This document shows, one piece after another, positions 47,701 to 61,000 of a stretch of 64,000 nt of DNA (positions are counted from its first letter, which is position 1; each line of letters opens with the position of its first letter). The position numbers and the translations under genes are program-made. The stretch spans positions 11,098,001 to 11,162,000 of the forward strand of contig JBHGNT010000007.1 in assembly GCA_043228905.1 (NCBI GenBank), in the 5' to 3' direction. This stretch comes from Azolla caroliniana (Eukaryota; Plantae; Polypodiophyta). A model generated the notes under the pieces. It saw nothing but the letters and a program-made list of their open reading frames with translations, was not told where the DNA came from and did no database searches.

Positions 47701-50700
47701 ATGTGCTTGGTCCGTGCATGGAAGACGGGGTTCTTCGCGAGCTGGATGCTGCTGAGGTTGTCGCAGTAGATCGTCGTCGGATCTGACACCTCCACTTGCA
47801 GATCCTTAAGTAGTCACTTCAACCAGATGGCTTCGCATGTCGCGACAGCCGCTCCTCGGTACTCAGCTTCGGTGCTCGACAATGCAACTGTCGGCTGCTT
47901 CTTACTACTCCACGCGATCGCGGCACTCCCGAGGGAGAACGCGTATCCAGACGTGGATCAGCGATCGGCAGCGTTGCCAGCCCAATCAGCATCGGTGTAG
48001 CCGACTAACTGCATGGCTGCACCAGTTCGATATAGCAGTCCTCGGTCCTTAGTGCCACTTACGTACCGCAGTACGCGTTGCGCACACTGAAGGTGCTCCT
48101 CGGTAGGTCGCGCCATGAACTGACTGATCACTCCGACCGGATAACTGAGGTCCGGTCGGGTGATGGTCAAGTATATGAGGCTTCCGACAATTTGTCGGAA
48201 CCTCTTCGGGTCGCATACCTTTCCCGTATCGGGACGAAGCTTGACGGTTCTGTCCAGAGGAGTCGAGACGGTCTTACAGTCGGCCATCCCGAATTTGAAG
48301 AGCATACTCAACACGTAATGACGTTGGTTGATCAATATGCCTTTGGGGGTACGGATCACTTCGATCACGAGGAAGTAATGAAGGTCCCCCAGATCCTTCA
48401 TGTCGAACGATGCCACAAGCTGGAGCTTTACGCGGTCGATTTCACCTAGGTCGGCGTCGGTGATGACCAAGTCATCAACATATAGTAAAATACTAACCGG
48501 TCCGAGTCGACCTTTCCGGATGAACAGGGAAGAGTCTGATTTTGACGTGACGAAGCCCAACCGACGCAGTTGTTGCGTGATCTTCGCGTTCCAGGCACGC
48601 GGGGCTTGCTTCAGTCCGTAAAGGGACTTCTTCAGTCGGCATATTGCCAAGGAGTTTGTTCCAGAGTGAAATCCAAGGGGTTGTACCATGTACACCTGTT
48701 CCTCAAGGTCACCTTGCAAGAACGCATTCTTTACATCCATCTGATGTAAGTGCCACCCCTTCGCCGCAACTACTGCCAGCAAAACACGGACGGTCGTCAT
48801 TTTCGCGACCGGCGCAAACATCTCATCGTAGTCGATGCCGTGTTTCTGCGCGTAGCCCTTTGCCACTAGCCGAGCCTTGTACCGGTTGACCGAGCCATCG
48901 GTGTTGTACTTGACCTTGTACACCCACCTACACCCGATCGGCTTCACACCCTTCGGTGCGTTAACCAGGTCCCAGGTCTCGTTCTCCGCCAATGCGTGCA
49001 TCTCTTCCTCCATCGCGGCACGCCAATTCGCGTCTTTCGCCGCTTCTGCGTAGCTCTCTGGCTCACGCACTTCCGCTACACGGGTCATGTACGCATAATG
49101 ATGCGCCATGTACTCGTTGTAACCGAACCGCACAACTGGGTTCTTTTGGCGGGTAGATCGACGTAATCTCACATTAGCCGATGTCGAGGCCTTCTCGGTC
49201 GACGCGGTCTTCATCTTTAAAGACTTGTCACCGGTTCCCTCGGAGTCGGACTCGCGTCGGTCTGACTCGTTCCTTTCCGTGCCGGAATTCGACACCTTCT
49301 TCTTCCCTTTCTCTTTGCGCGTAAGCCGTCTCCTCGGCTTCCTGCGCGGGGAATGCACGGCCGAGTCTCCACTACTCGTCGGCTCCTCATCAGACTGGTC
49401 GTACCGACTCAGTCGTCCAATCGGTCCACTTAACCGGAGTGAAATCGGACTCTCTTCGCGGGTCTCGATTTCGGGCTCATCCAGAGGCATTTCGGCCTCG
49501 CTGACCTCATCGTCAGAACTCGTATTGGAGTCGGGGGCAGGTACCAGGACGCGGACTCGTCAAACACAACGTCGCGACTGACACACGCTTGTTTGGTGCC
49601 AGGGTTATAGCATTTATAACCCTTTTGCTCGTCTGAGTAACTGACCAAGTTGCATTTCTCGGCCTTTGCGTCCAGCTTCCTCCTTTTCTCCTTCGGTACA
49701 TGCACATACACAATGCTACCGAACACCCTCAAGTGTCGCAAGTTCGGCTTCGTTTCGAAATATAGCTCATGCGCCGACACTTTGTCTCCGATCCGGTTCT
49801 GGATGTATATTGCAGTCCTTACCGCCTCGGCCCAGTAGAACTTGGGCAAGCTCTTCTCCTCCAGTATTGCCCGTGCCGCTTCCACAATCGATCGATTCTT
49901 CCTCTCGGCCACGCCGTTCTGCTCCGGCGTGTATCTACAACTGAATTCGCGCCGAATTCCCATTTGTTGTAGATAACCGTTGAATTGACTAGAAAAGTAC
50001 TCTTTCCCGCCATCCGACTGCAGGCACTTGATCTTTCGTCCCGTTTCTGTTTCCACAAACCCTTTGAGGTCCCGGAAACAGTCGAAGACTTCGCTCTTCC
50101 TCTCAATGAGGTAGATCCGCGTGTGCCGTGTGTGGTCGTCGATGAAGGAGACGAAATATCGGCTCCCGCCAAGGCTAACGTTTTGTGCCGGCACCCACAC
50201 ATCGGAGTGTATAAGGTCGAGCTCGTTCTGACTACGGTTTCGCTCGTTGGGGAAAGGAAGTCGGTGTTGTTTCTCGAGCTGGCAGGCTTCACAAATTTGT
50301 GCCTTTCGGCCACTAAACTTGGGCAATCCGAACACTACCTGTTTTGTTTGCAGATCTTGAAGCTGCTGGTAGTTGACGTGGCCTATCCGCTTGTGCCACA
50401 AGTCGATGTCCGACTCGGTCTTTTGTCCCTTTGCGAACATTGCGGTGCCGCCGTCAGTGGAATCGAGGATGAACATCCTCCCGTCTCTGCGCCCTTGCGC
50501 AATCACACGGCCTTCTTCCTCAATGAAGCACCCAGGGTGTGTAAACCGAACCTCCATCCCTTGGTCGACGATCTGTCCGACCGAGACCAAGTTCTTCGTG
50601 ATTGTCGGAACGTGCAGCACGTTCTTGAGTTTCCCTTTCTGCCCGACATGGCTAAGGGGAACTTCTCCGACATTCGCGATCGGATGCGGAGTGTCGTCTC

Positions 50701-52330
50701 CTGTTGCGACTACTCCCGGTTGTATCGGTTTTTCAAGGTACGAGAACCACTCCTTATGGCTCGTCATGTGGTTTGACGCGCCAGAGTCTACGTACCACAC
50801 CTCGTCCGATCTCGGGGTGCTCTGTTTCATTGAGTTTGCTTCGTGTCTCGTCACGAAGACAGACCCTTCTCCAGCTCTCCCGGAGTCTTTGGCGTAGTGT
50901 GATCGCTGCCGATTTCCCTTGTCGGTATGTCTGGAGCTGTTTCCGGAACCGGTTCTCTCCAAATCGGCGCGCTTCTTCCAGCACTCACTTTCCCTGTGGC
51001 CTTTCTTGCCACAGTACCAGCACTCCGCGATGGCCTTCCCTTGCCAGTTCTCATCGCTTCGACTCCCCCTGTTTCCGGAGGGTCCAGAGTTGCTGTCGGC
51101 ATCACTTTGGTGCCATCTTCCTTGATCTCGTCGGTCGCCTCCATTGTGCACCGGCTCGTCTCGTCCTCCACGTCCACGAGGCCTATCTCCCTCCGTGTAC
51201 AGCATTCTGTTGTCGGTGTGCGTGCTCGTCGACACACCTGCGTGGTTCTCCTCTACCAGGAGCATCGACTGTAAGTCGAAAAAGGACGGCGTATTCTCCC
51301 GGGTACACACAGCCATTCGGAACGCTCCGAACTTCGACGCCAAACCTCCGAGACAAATCTGGACCATCTCGCTCTCCTCGATGTTTACCTCTATGGAGGC
51401 AAGGGAGTCGCAGATATCCTTGATCTTCGAGGTATAGTCCGCCACCGACAAGTCGCGTTGTCGTAGGTTGCTCAACTCCTGTCGGAGCTGAAGCTTCTTG
51501 GTTGTGGTGCTCACGGTGAAAATCTTCTTCAGATTTTCCCACGCACCCTTCGGCGTCTTTGCATCCCGAACATAGCTCAATAGTTGTTCGCCCACACACG
51601 ACGCGAAGCAGTACAACACCCTGCTCGCCGATTGCTCCCACGACGGGAAGTCTTTGTGTGTCAATTCGGGTGCCGCGTCATTAGCTCCTTCGACATAACT
51701 CCAGTAGCCATGCCCGAGCAGGTACTGGTGCATCTTGTAGGACCAAGACGCGTAGTTGGTTCTGTCAAGCTTCTCTGTTGGAAGCGAGCTCGCCATGCCT
51801 CTATCCATCGTTCTTCTTGTTCTTCTTCGTCAAGCTGTGTCAGCTGCAGAGAGGTTCTCAACCCTCGCGCTCTGATACCATGTAGAAAGTAGCATGCGGA
51901 AGCAGGTATGAAGACAGAACAGAGGAAGGAAACTCAGGTTCAATGGAGAGCTTAGGCTTACACGGTATACGCAGGAGAGACAGAGAGAGAACACAAAAAA
52001 CTATATTCAACAATAACACTCAATCTCCGTACATAAGACGTGCTCAGTGAGCACTTTTATACAAGTCCTAAAAGGACTGACCAAAGTACTGACAGTACTT
52101 CAATGCTCATTAAGAGCTCCTACACTAACTCCCAAATATATTCCTCACGGAATATCTTTCCTAACGATCTCCCGGTTTACACACTCGGCCTAACCGATCG
52201 GTCCCAACCGATCCGGCCGATGTTGAGCTTGTCTCTCAACACTCGAGAAGAAGATCAACAAGAATAATAAGAAGAAGATTATTATATTGATGGTGATAGT
52301 GATGATGATAATATCACATATTGAGCTCCC
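44549..52330 (-). mobile_element. Gypsy 3' LTR (44549-45434), PPT and 3' non-coding/antisense region, interrupted by copia 46578-52241
   Basis: TG..CA LTR followed by tgccccc-ttttttt (rc PPT). The sequence continues across the copia TSD. The right boundary is uncertain. Confidence 0.7.
46578..52241 (-). mobile_element. Full-length young Ty1/copia (family B)
   Basis: LTRs at 51881-52241 and 46578-46963 differ by about 4 substitutions and a 25-bp indel. TSD CTCGA, PBS tggtatcagagc. ORFs 51808-49430 (gag-PR-INT) and 49490-47958 (RT, YVDD), with RNase H after a stop. Confidence 0.97.
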
Positions 52331-52578
52331 CCCTATACACAAGCCCAACTAGAGGCTTTTATAGGTCTCTCCATGCTTGTGACATGCACAAAACCATGGG
52401 CTAAAACCATGGTTTTGTGCACACGGTGTCGTGAAGAATTTCGTCCAGAGGCGGAAACCGGGAAATATTGGCTACATCGGCGGAGTGCACCATGTGCACT
52501 CACCCTCGTATAATTGTGTGGATAATAGGAGTTAAGTCGGGACGAAGAATCCCATGTAAATCGGGATTTATCCCACAT

Positions 52579-53566
52579 TGTAACACATCCCTCTCCTTGT
52601 TCTATAAAAGGAAGGGATGGTCCCTTGTAGAGGGGTTGCCCATTTTTTAGTCGAAAGGGTATACCGTTTTGTGTTTCTTTCTAGGGCTAGCTACATTCTT
52701 TCTTTTCTTCATTTTTTTTCTTGCTCCTTCTCGGGGAGTCGAGCTGTAGCTATGGCGGCAAGCTGTTAGGTTAGTTCTCTTCTTTTGTGCATAGCCGGCT
52801 TGGGCCGTGGTTGTGTTCTAGAGGATTGCTTCGGCTCGGCCTCCTGTGCAAGATCCCGATCGGCACGACAAGCCCGTGAGCTCCCAGATCGGCGGCTTGG
52901 CAGTAGACCGTTGCTGTAACCTACCTTGGTCCGGCTCGAAGCCGGGGATGTATTCTTTCCCTTGTAATATATATACATTTGCGTCTGTCTGTGCATATTC
53001 GTGTCTCTGTTGGGGGTCGGGTGCTTTCCCTTCCCTGCGTTCCCTGTACATGTAGGTGTGAGTCCGGTCGGCGTGTGTGTGTGTGGGTGTGAGTCGATGT
53101 CAAGCGCGCACTCCCTCTCTTTCACCCTCTCTTTCTCTCTCTCTCTCATTCGGTTGCTTCCGGAACGCGTCCGGAATCCTCTTCTCGGCTTCCCTCCTTC
53201 CCTCGTCTGAGACCCCTGTGGTCTCGCCCTTTTACACGCGCACGCTTAACAACGCGACATCTTTGGTGAACCCGACGTGAAAGGCGGTAGGGGAGGATGG
53301 AGTCGGAAGACGACGACCTCACGGAGATGGTGGTCGGAGTGGTGTTGGAGTCTGCACGAGTGGTGATGAGGCGAGAAGAAGCGCAACAAGCGGTTGAGCG
53401 AGTGGTCGAAAGAGTCGGTCGTTTCAACGAGGACAAAGTCCCATCTTACTTGGAAGCCTACAACGCGGAAATGGAGGAACGAGACGTGGACAGAGCGTTG
53501 AGGTTGAAGTTCTTCTGTCGGGTTGTCGCCGTCCGTATGCACGCGGAAGTGAAGGAGCTCCGAGAA
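52579..53566 (+). mobile_element. Gypsy LTR (ends 53259), tRNA-Trp PBS and gag N-terminus, truncated
   Basis: PBS tggtgaacccgacgtga at 53264. VGRFNEDKVPSYLEAYNAEM is homologous to the gag at 42909. The LTR start is uncertain. Confidence 0.8.
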
Positions 53567-55275
53567 CGTCAAGGTTCGTCCCGATACGGGAAAGGTATGC
53601 GACCCGACGAGGTTCCGACAAATTGTCGGAAGCCTCATATACTTGACCATCACCCGACCCGACCTCAGTTATCCGGTCGGAGTGATCAGTCAGTTCATGG
53701 CGCAACCTACCGAGGAGCACCTCCAGTGTGTGCAACGCATACTTCGGTATGTCAACGGCACTAAGGACCAGGGACTGCTATATCGGACCGGTGCAGCCGC
53801 GCAGTTAGTCGGCTACACCGATGCTGATTGGGCTGGCAATGCCGCCGATCGCCGATCCACGTCAGGATACGCGTTCTCCCTCGGGAGTGTCGCGATCGCG
53901 TGGAGCAATAAGAAGCAGCCGACAGTTGCACTGTCGAGCACCGAAGCTGAGTACCGAGGAGCGGTTGTCGCGACATGCGAAGCCATATGGTTGAAGCGGC
54001 TACTTAAGGATCTGTAGGTGGAGGTGTCTGATCCAACGACGATCTACTGCGACAACCTCAGCAACATCCAGCTCGCGAAAAACCCCGTTTCCACGCACGG
54101 ACCAAGCACATTGAGGTGCACTACCATTTCGTCCGTGAGCATGTCCTTTTCGGTGAAATCGAACTTCAGTACGTTCCGACGGATCGGCAGACTGCCGACA
54201 TCTTCACCAAGCCTCTTGGTCTGGACAAGTTGCGGCAATTCTCAGGTGCACTCGGATTGCGTCACCTCGACGTGTCGAACTTGAGGGGGAGAACAATCCC
54301 GAACGACCAAGCAAGGCAGCAGGAAAGGAGCGGAGACCGCGACACTGAGTCAGTTGACTCGGTTGTCGAGTTCGACTTCAGATCGGCTGAAGAAGCCGAG
54401 GGCGGACCCGCGGAAAAGTCTGGAAGCGGACAGAAGGGGAGCAACCGAAGGAGAGAGCCAAAGCCAACCACGCATCGGGAAGATGACGCCACCGAGGGCG
54501 AGAAGACCGAAGACGAGTTGGAGACAGCCAACTCGGACGAGAGCGAAAACCGATCGGAGGTAGCCGAGTCGGTTCGGATGTTTGATTCAGATACACTGAA
54601 TCAACCGAGCCCCAAGTGGAAGAAAAGGCGGCAGGAGAAGCGTCAACACCGCAACAACAAAAGAGCTGATAAGGGCCACATGAGCAGACAAGCCGACCGG
54701 AAGGGTCGAAGCGCGCGGAGTCAAACAGGTCGTGGAGCGCGAGCGAGGCGTGAAACCGGGAGGAACCAGAGCTGTGAGCCCGAAGATCCCAAAGAGCCTC
54801 AAGTTGAGCTTGAGGGGGAGTGTTGAGAGACAAGCTCAACATCGGCCGGATCGGCTGAAGAAGCCGAGGACCGGATCGGTTGGGACCGATCGGTTAGGCC
54901 GAATGCGTAAACCGGTACGCAGACCGGTGCGTAGGTAGGGCCGGATCGGTGCGTACACCGGGAGGCCGTTAGGAAAGATATTCCGTGAGGAATATATTTG
55001 GGAGTTAGTGTAGGAGCTCTTAATGAGTATTGAAGTACTGTCAATACTTCGGTCAGTCCTTCTAGGACTTGTATAAAAGTGTTCATTGAACACACATATG
55101 TATAGAGTGTGGTGAATAGAGATTGTGTACTGTTGTTGAATATAGTTCTTGTTTTTTCTCTCTCACTCTCTCTGTCTCCCCCGCGTATACTGCGTAAGCT
55201 CAAGCTCTCCATTAAACCTGAGTTTTCTTCCTTCTGTTCGGTCTTCATACTTGCTTCTGCACGTTACTTTTTACA
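53567..55275 (+). mobile_element. Family-B copia 3' half with open C-terminal extension and 3' LTR (54821-55275)
   Basis: Close paralog of 46578-48245 (reverse complement). Extension ORF runs to PQVELEGEC* at 54826. Confidence 0.93.
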
Positions 55276-55723
55276 AGAGACATATTCGTAAATATGTTTC
55301 TGAGAATCCATCATGGCTATATTTGTAAATAGCTGAAAAGTCATATTAGTATAAATATGACTTAGGGCAAACTTTTAGTCTGTTGTTGTCATTCTTGTTG
55401 GTGCAAGGAGAGAGAGAGCGTGTAACTGTGTATAGAGGGAGAGAGAGAGAAAGAGGTTGTTGCCTCTGTTGTAACCACCGCCTGTGGCGAGGATCATGAG
55501 CACGAGGTCGTTGCCTCCGTGAACTCACTGTTGTACATTCTAACATAGTGATAGTTTGCAGCCTGTGGGCTGCCGTGGTTTTTCCCTTAGTTTGGGTTTA
55601 CCATGTAAACATCCTGCGTACTCGTCTCTTCTTCGTGTCATTCATTATTTCCCGTTTTTTGTGTATGATTCTAAGCTTGGTTGTGGCCGAGCGTTGCGTA
55701 TAGGGAGCGTGTTGTTCCCGTCA
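55276..55723 (+). mobile_element. Truncated family-A copia LTR
   Basis: Aligns to 12308-12770 and ends in ccgtca. No PBS follows. Confidence 0.88.
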
Positions 55724-58001
55724 GAACCAACTTGATGCAACCAAGTTTCCCCTTGATGACGTGATGCAGGCCATCCTACTTATGTGCACACTACCGGATA
55801 GGTGGGAGAACCTAGTGGTCACTCTCAGCACCTCCTGTCAAGAATAGAACTTGTCTTTACAAGCGGTGAAGACAAGCATCCTGAATGAGGAAGCAAGGAG
55901 GAAGGACAAGGGAGTCCTGACCCAATCAGAGTCGAACGTGACCCAACATATTAGCAGAGGAAGGAACCGGCAAAGAAGCCCACAACGGAGAGAAAAGTTT
56001 CAAGCCAGGTCGAAGTCCAGAGGAAAGCTCGTGGGCTTTTATTGTGGAAAGCCTAGACATTTCCAGAAAGACTGCCGACACTTTAAAAAGGAAAAGAGTA
56101 TCGATAATAATGTCGACTCCAAGAAGATTCCTGAAGAAAAGTACATTTAAGCCATTGCTACGAGCAATGAAGCACTTTTGTTCGTTTGTGAATAGACAAG
56201 TGCAAATCATGCAGCGAGGAATGCACTTGGGTGATCGGCTCCGGTCCATCCTTCCACATAATTCCGTCGAGAGAGTATTTCTTGAATTACATAGTCGTTG
56301 ATCATGGTTATGTAAAGATGGGTAACAGTGGGAAGTGCAAGATAGCCGGAATCGGAAGTGTCTGCCTGACGACGTCGACTGACTCTGAAGGATGTTCGAC
56401 ACATCCCCGATATCACATTGAATCTTATATTGATTGGAAGACTGGACGCTACAATGGTAGTTTTCGGAATGACAAGTGGAAGTTCTGCCAAGGAAATCTT
56501 ATAGTGGCCCGAGCACAGAAGGAAGGCACATTGTATATGATGAAGCCCGACTGTGCAAGTCGGAAGTGAATGTGGCAACCGACTCGGCAAGACAAATATG
56601 GCATAAGAGGCTAGGCCACATGAGTGAGAAGGGACTGCATCTGTTTGTCGACTAGAGGCTTCTACCAGAAGTAAAGGGAGTGTGCACTTGGAGTGCGCCA
56701 ACTGCCTAGTTGGAAAGCAGAACAAAGCAACATTCCACTCTCGACCACCAAGGAGAAGAGAAGTGCCACTGGAACTAGTACATACGGATGTGTGCTATGT
56801 AGATGCTCCGTCACACTGAGGCGGACAATACTTTGTTACCTTCATCGATGACTACAGTCGAAAGTTGTGGGCTTTCGTACTAAAGTCAAAAGATCAAGTA
56901 TTGTTGGTTTTCAAGGAGTTCTAGGCAAGAGTCGAACGGGAGTCGGATCGGAAGTTAAAGGTTGTCTGAACCGACAATGGTGGTGAATATAAAGGGAAGT
57001 TCGAGGAATACTGCAAGGCCCAAGGTATTCGAATCAAATACACAGTAGAGTTGAATAGGCTTGTAGAGAGGATGAATAGAACAATCATGGAGAGAGTAAG
57101 AAGTATCCTCTCTCATGTTAAACTGCCGAAATCATATTGGGTTGAGGCGATGTATACAGTTGTGTATACGATCAATAGGTCTCCCTCAGTGCCATAGAAG
57201 GGTGATGTCCCACAGAGGGTGTGGACAAGAAAGGATGTCTCCTACCAACACATGAGGGTGTTCGGATGTTTATCGTATATGCATGTGGCTAAGGATCAGA
57301 GGTCGAAGCTCGACAACAAGTTGAAACCATGCATATTCATGGGATACTCGGAAGATGAGTTCAGCTATAGGCTATGGGACCTAGTCGACAAGAAGGTAGT
57401 GAGGAGTCGGGACGTAGTCTTCTTGGAAGACAAGACCATAGAGGACTAGAAGCAACAGAAGTCGGAATCGACTAACCAGTCAACCTCCACTACTATCGAC
57501 TTGAGGCCATGTGAACCGACACAGTCAGATGTTCGGAGACAACTAGTCGACACAACCGATTCTGAGTTGGTCGATTCGGAGAGACCGACCGACTATGAGT
57601 TTGAGTCGGCAAAGTTGTTAAGATCGATCGAGGAATACGAGTTGGAGTCGTCCAACCTTCAGAAGCCAATCGACATATATGAACCCGACCAAAGAGGAGA
57701 GTCGGCAGAGACACCCGAACAAGAGCCAACAAAGAGTGGAAGGAGATACCCACTCAGAGAAAAGAGAGCACCGACGACATATGCTAGTCAATACATCCTC
57801 TTCACTGATGAAGGTGAACCCGAGTGCTATGACGGAGCTATTGCCGACAAGCACAAAGAAAAATGGCTGAGTGGAATGCAGGATGAGATGGACTCCCTGC
57901 ATGAGAACTACACCTATGACCTAGTAGAGCTGCCAAAAGGTAAGAGAGCACTTAGGAATAAGTGGGTCTACAAGGAGAAGCTGACAGTGAGCCCAAGTAT
58001 A

Positions 58002-61000
58002 TGTTATGAAGGCACTACGGCTCTTCTGTGTGCATAGCGGATCGTGATGTGCTGGATCGTTTAATGCTCAAGACAGAAAGGAAGGGGAAGGAGACTTACC
58101 TCTGTATAGCAAACCAAAAGCTTCTATTCCATTACACGCAGAGCTCAACTCACTCTCGTCTATTTTCTGTTTTCTGTTCTTACAACTACTCTCTACTCTC
58201 ACTCTTACTTTTCTACTCACTTTTTACCTAAGTTATAAGTGACTTATATATGCAGCTAATTAGTTGCCATTAGCTAATTAGCTGTCTATAGCTAAATAGT
58301 TGTCAGTAGCTAAATAGTAGTTATGCATAGCTAAATAGTTGTTTCACCTTTATGTCCACTAGTAGCTAATTAGCTAATAACTACTATAGCTTATTTCTCA
58401 ATAAGCATCACATACCTTTGTTGAGCTTGCTTCTCAACACTCTCCCTCAACCTCAACTTATCTTTTCTCGGGATCATCGTCAATCTTCTTTTCTTCATGC
58501 TTTTCAGCTACCATGGCGATGGTTATAACTCCCATCATGTCTCTAAACTGTGTATGTTTTTCCATGCTCAATCCCTTCGTAAGAATATCAGCAACTTGCT
58601 GATTTGTACTTACATACAATAGATCCACTTCTCCATCAATCACTTTTTCTCTAACAAAGTGATAATGCACTTCAATGTGCTTTGTTCTTGCATGGAACAC
58701 TGGGGTTTTTGCCAGCTGAATGATGCTCATATTGTCACACCAAATTGTGATTGCACCATCTATATATTCTACCAAATCAAAAAGCAATCTTCTCATCCAT
58801 ACCTCTTCACATGTGGCTATTGCAGCTCCTCTATATTCAGCTTCAGTACTTGATAGTGTTAGGAAACAGGTCCTTCCGGATGGGAAGTTGAGAAGAACCG
58901 TGTTGATGAGCAACTCAGTCGAGGCCGAAACCGGAAATCGTGGAGATAGTCAACCTAGAAGGCTAAACTTGTAAATAGTCGAAAGGTTATATTAGTATAT
59001 AAGCACTTAGGGCAATCATGTTAGATGTGTGCGTTATTGTAAAGTTACTGTTGACGAGGTTGTTGCCTCCGTAACTGTGAGAGTGAATGAGTGTGAGTGG
59101 AAGCGTGTGAGCTCCATAGCCGCCTATTGGCGAAGCAGGATCTCGAGGTCGTTGCCTCTGAGATCTCTGATTGTATTCCTTTCTCTCATAATGTTCTGTT
59201 TCGGAGTTTGTGGACTCCACGTGGTTTTTTCCCAGTTCGGGTTTCCACATTAAAATCTATGTCATTCTCAGTTTCTGTATTCTGTTTTTCCTTTCCATTA
59301 GATTGACTATTATTCCGCACACGAGAAACCAATTGTGGCCGACAACGATTTTAACTTCAGATAGTGCAACAGTAGCTTGTTTCTTGCTACTCCATGAAAT
59401 AACTGCACTTCCCAATGTAAACATATATCCACTTGTGGATCTTCTGTCAGTTTGGCTTCTAGCCCAATCAGCATCTGTATATCCTTCCAGTTTTATGTCC
59501 AAATCAGCCCTGTAAAACAGTCCATAATTTTGAGTAGCTTTTACATACCTCAAAATTCTTCTAATGCAATCCAAATGTGGCTTTGTTGGCTGTTGCATAA
59601 ACTGGCTGAGTAATCCAATAGCATAACTCAAATCAGGTCTTGTTATGGTCAAATATATGAGGTTGCCCACCATAGACCTATACATGTTTACATCTTCTAT
59701 TTTGGCTCCCAAATCAACCCTCAATTTGCAGTTCTTATCTAGTGGTACACCAATAGGTTTGCATCCAAGCATACCATACTTCTTCAACATAGTTGTTGCA
59801 TATTGTTTTTGCAACATATATATACCACTTTCAAATCTGATCATCTCAATGCCAAGAAAGTATCTCAGCTCTCCCAAATCCTTCATATGAAATTGCATTT
59901 CCAGATTTTTTTTTAGCTTTCTTATTTTATCCATGGAATCACCTCCAATGATTAAATCATGAACATAAATCAGGATAACAACAATGCAATCATTTGTCTT
60001 CTTGACATACAATGATGGATCAACCTTTGACATTTTGAAAGCAAATTTTCTCAGAGATTCTAAAAGTTCTTTATGCCATGCCCCTGGTGCTTGTTTCAAT
60101 CCATAGAGAGCCTTTTTCAGCCTACATACATATTCTGGATGCTTCTTATCTTCAAAACCTGATGGTTGACACATGTATACTTCCTCTTCCAAGTTACCAT
60201 GTAAAAAAACATTTTTTACATCCATATGGTGCAAAACCCATCTTTTGGCTGCATTCACAGCAAGTAGTGTTCTCAATGTTGCCATCTTTGCAACCGGTGC
60301 AAATATTTCATCATAATCAATTTCATGCATCTAGGCATATCCCTTTGCAACAAGTATTGCGTTATGTCTACTAACATTTCCATTTGAATCATGCTTTGTC
60401 TTGTAGACCCATTTGCAACCTACAACATTTTTTTCTTTCGGTAACTTCACCAAATCCCATGTTCTGTTTTCAGCCAATGCATCTATTTCTTCTCGCATTG
60501 CATTCACCCATTTCTTATTAGATTTTGCTTCATCAAAACTATTTGGATCAGGGATTTGTACCACTTTAGACATGTATGCATAATGCATAGCCATATATGT
60601 GTCATAACCAAATCTTTCAACAGTCTTTTTCTCTCTATTTGATCTTGTCAATTTCTGATTTGCACCTTTCATTGCTTTTTCCATACCAGGGATTTTCAAG
60701 GCTCCTATACCAAGCTCATCATCCAATGATGTATCTGAATCTACATCTTCCATTTTTTTAGACCCATCATCAAGCATTTCAATTCTGGCATCTTCTATTT
60801 TCCCTTTTTATCATCATATTTTTTGTGTGTTGCATTTTTTCCACGCCATGCATTAGATTCAAATTTACTACCTGAGCTTCCAGATAGTCCAGTACATTCC
60901 ATTGATGTGGAACTTTGTTGTCCAACATTGTTTCCATCTATATGGTTATCTCTTACATTTTTAGATTTATCCTTGTCTTCATCAGTTTCTACATTTTGTT

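Noticed and set aside
49985-51437. Long plus-strand ORFs over the copia (similar ones at 13073-13726 and 15074-15904)
   Set aside because: Antisense shadows of GC-rich gag-pol with no domain features.
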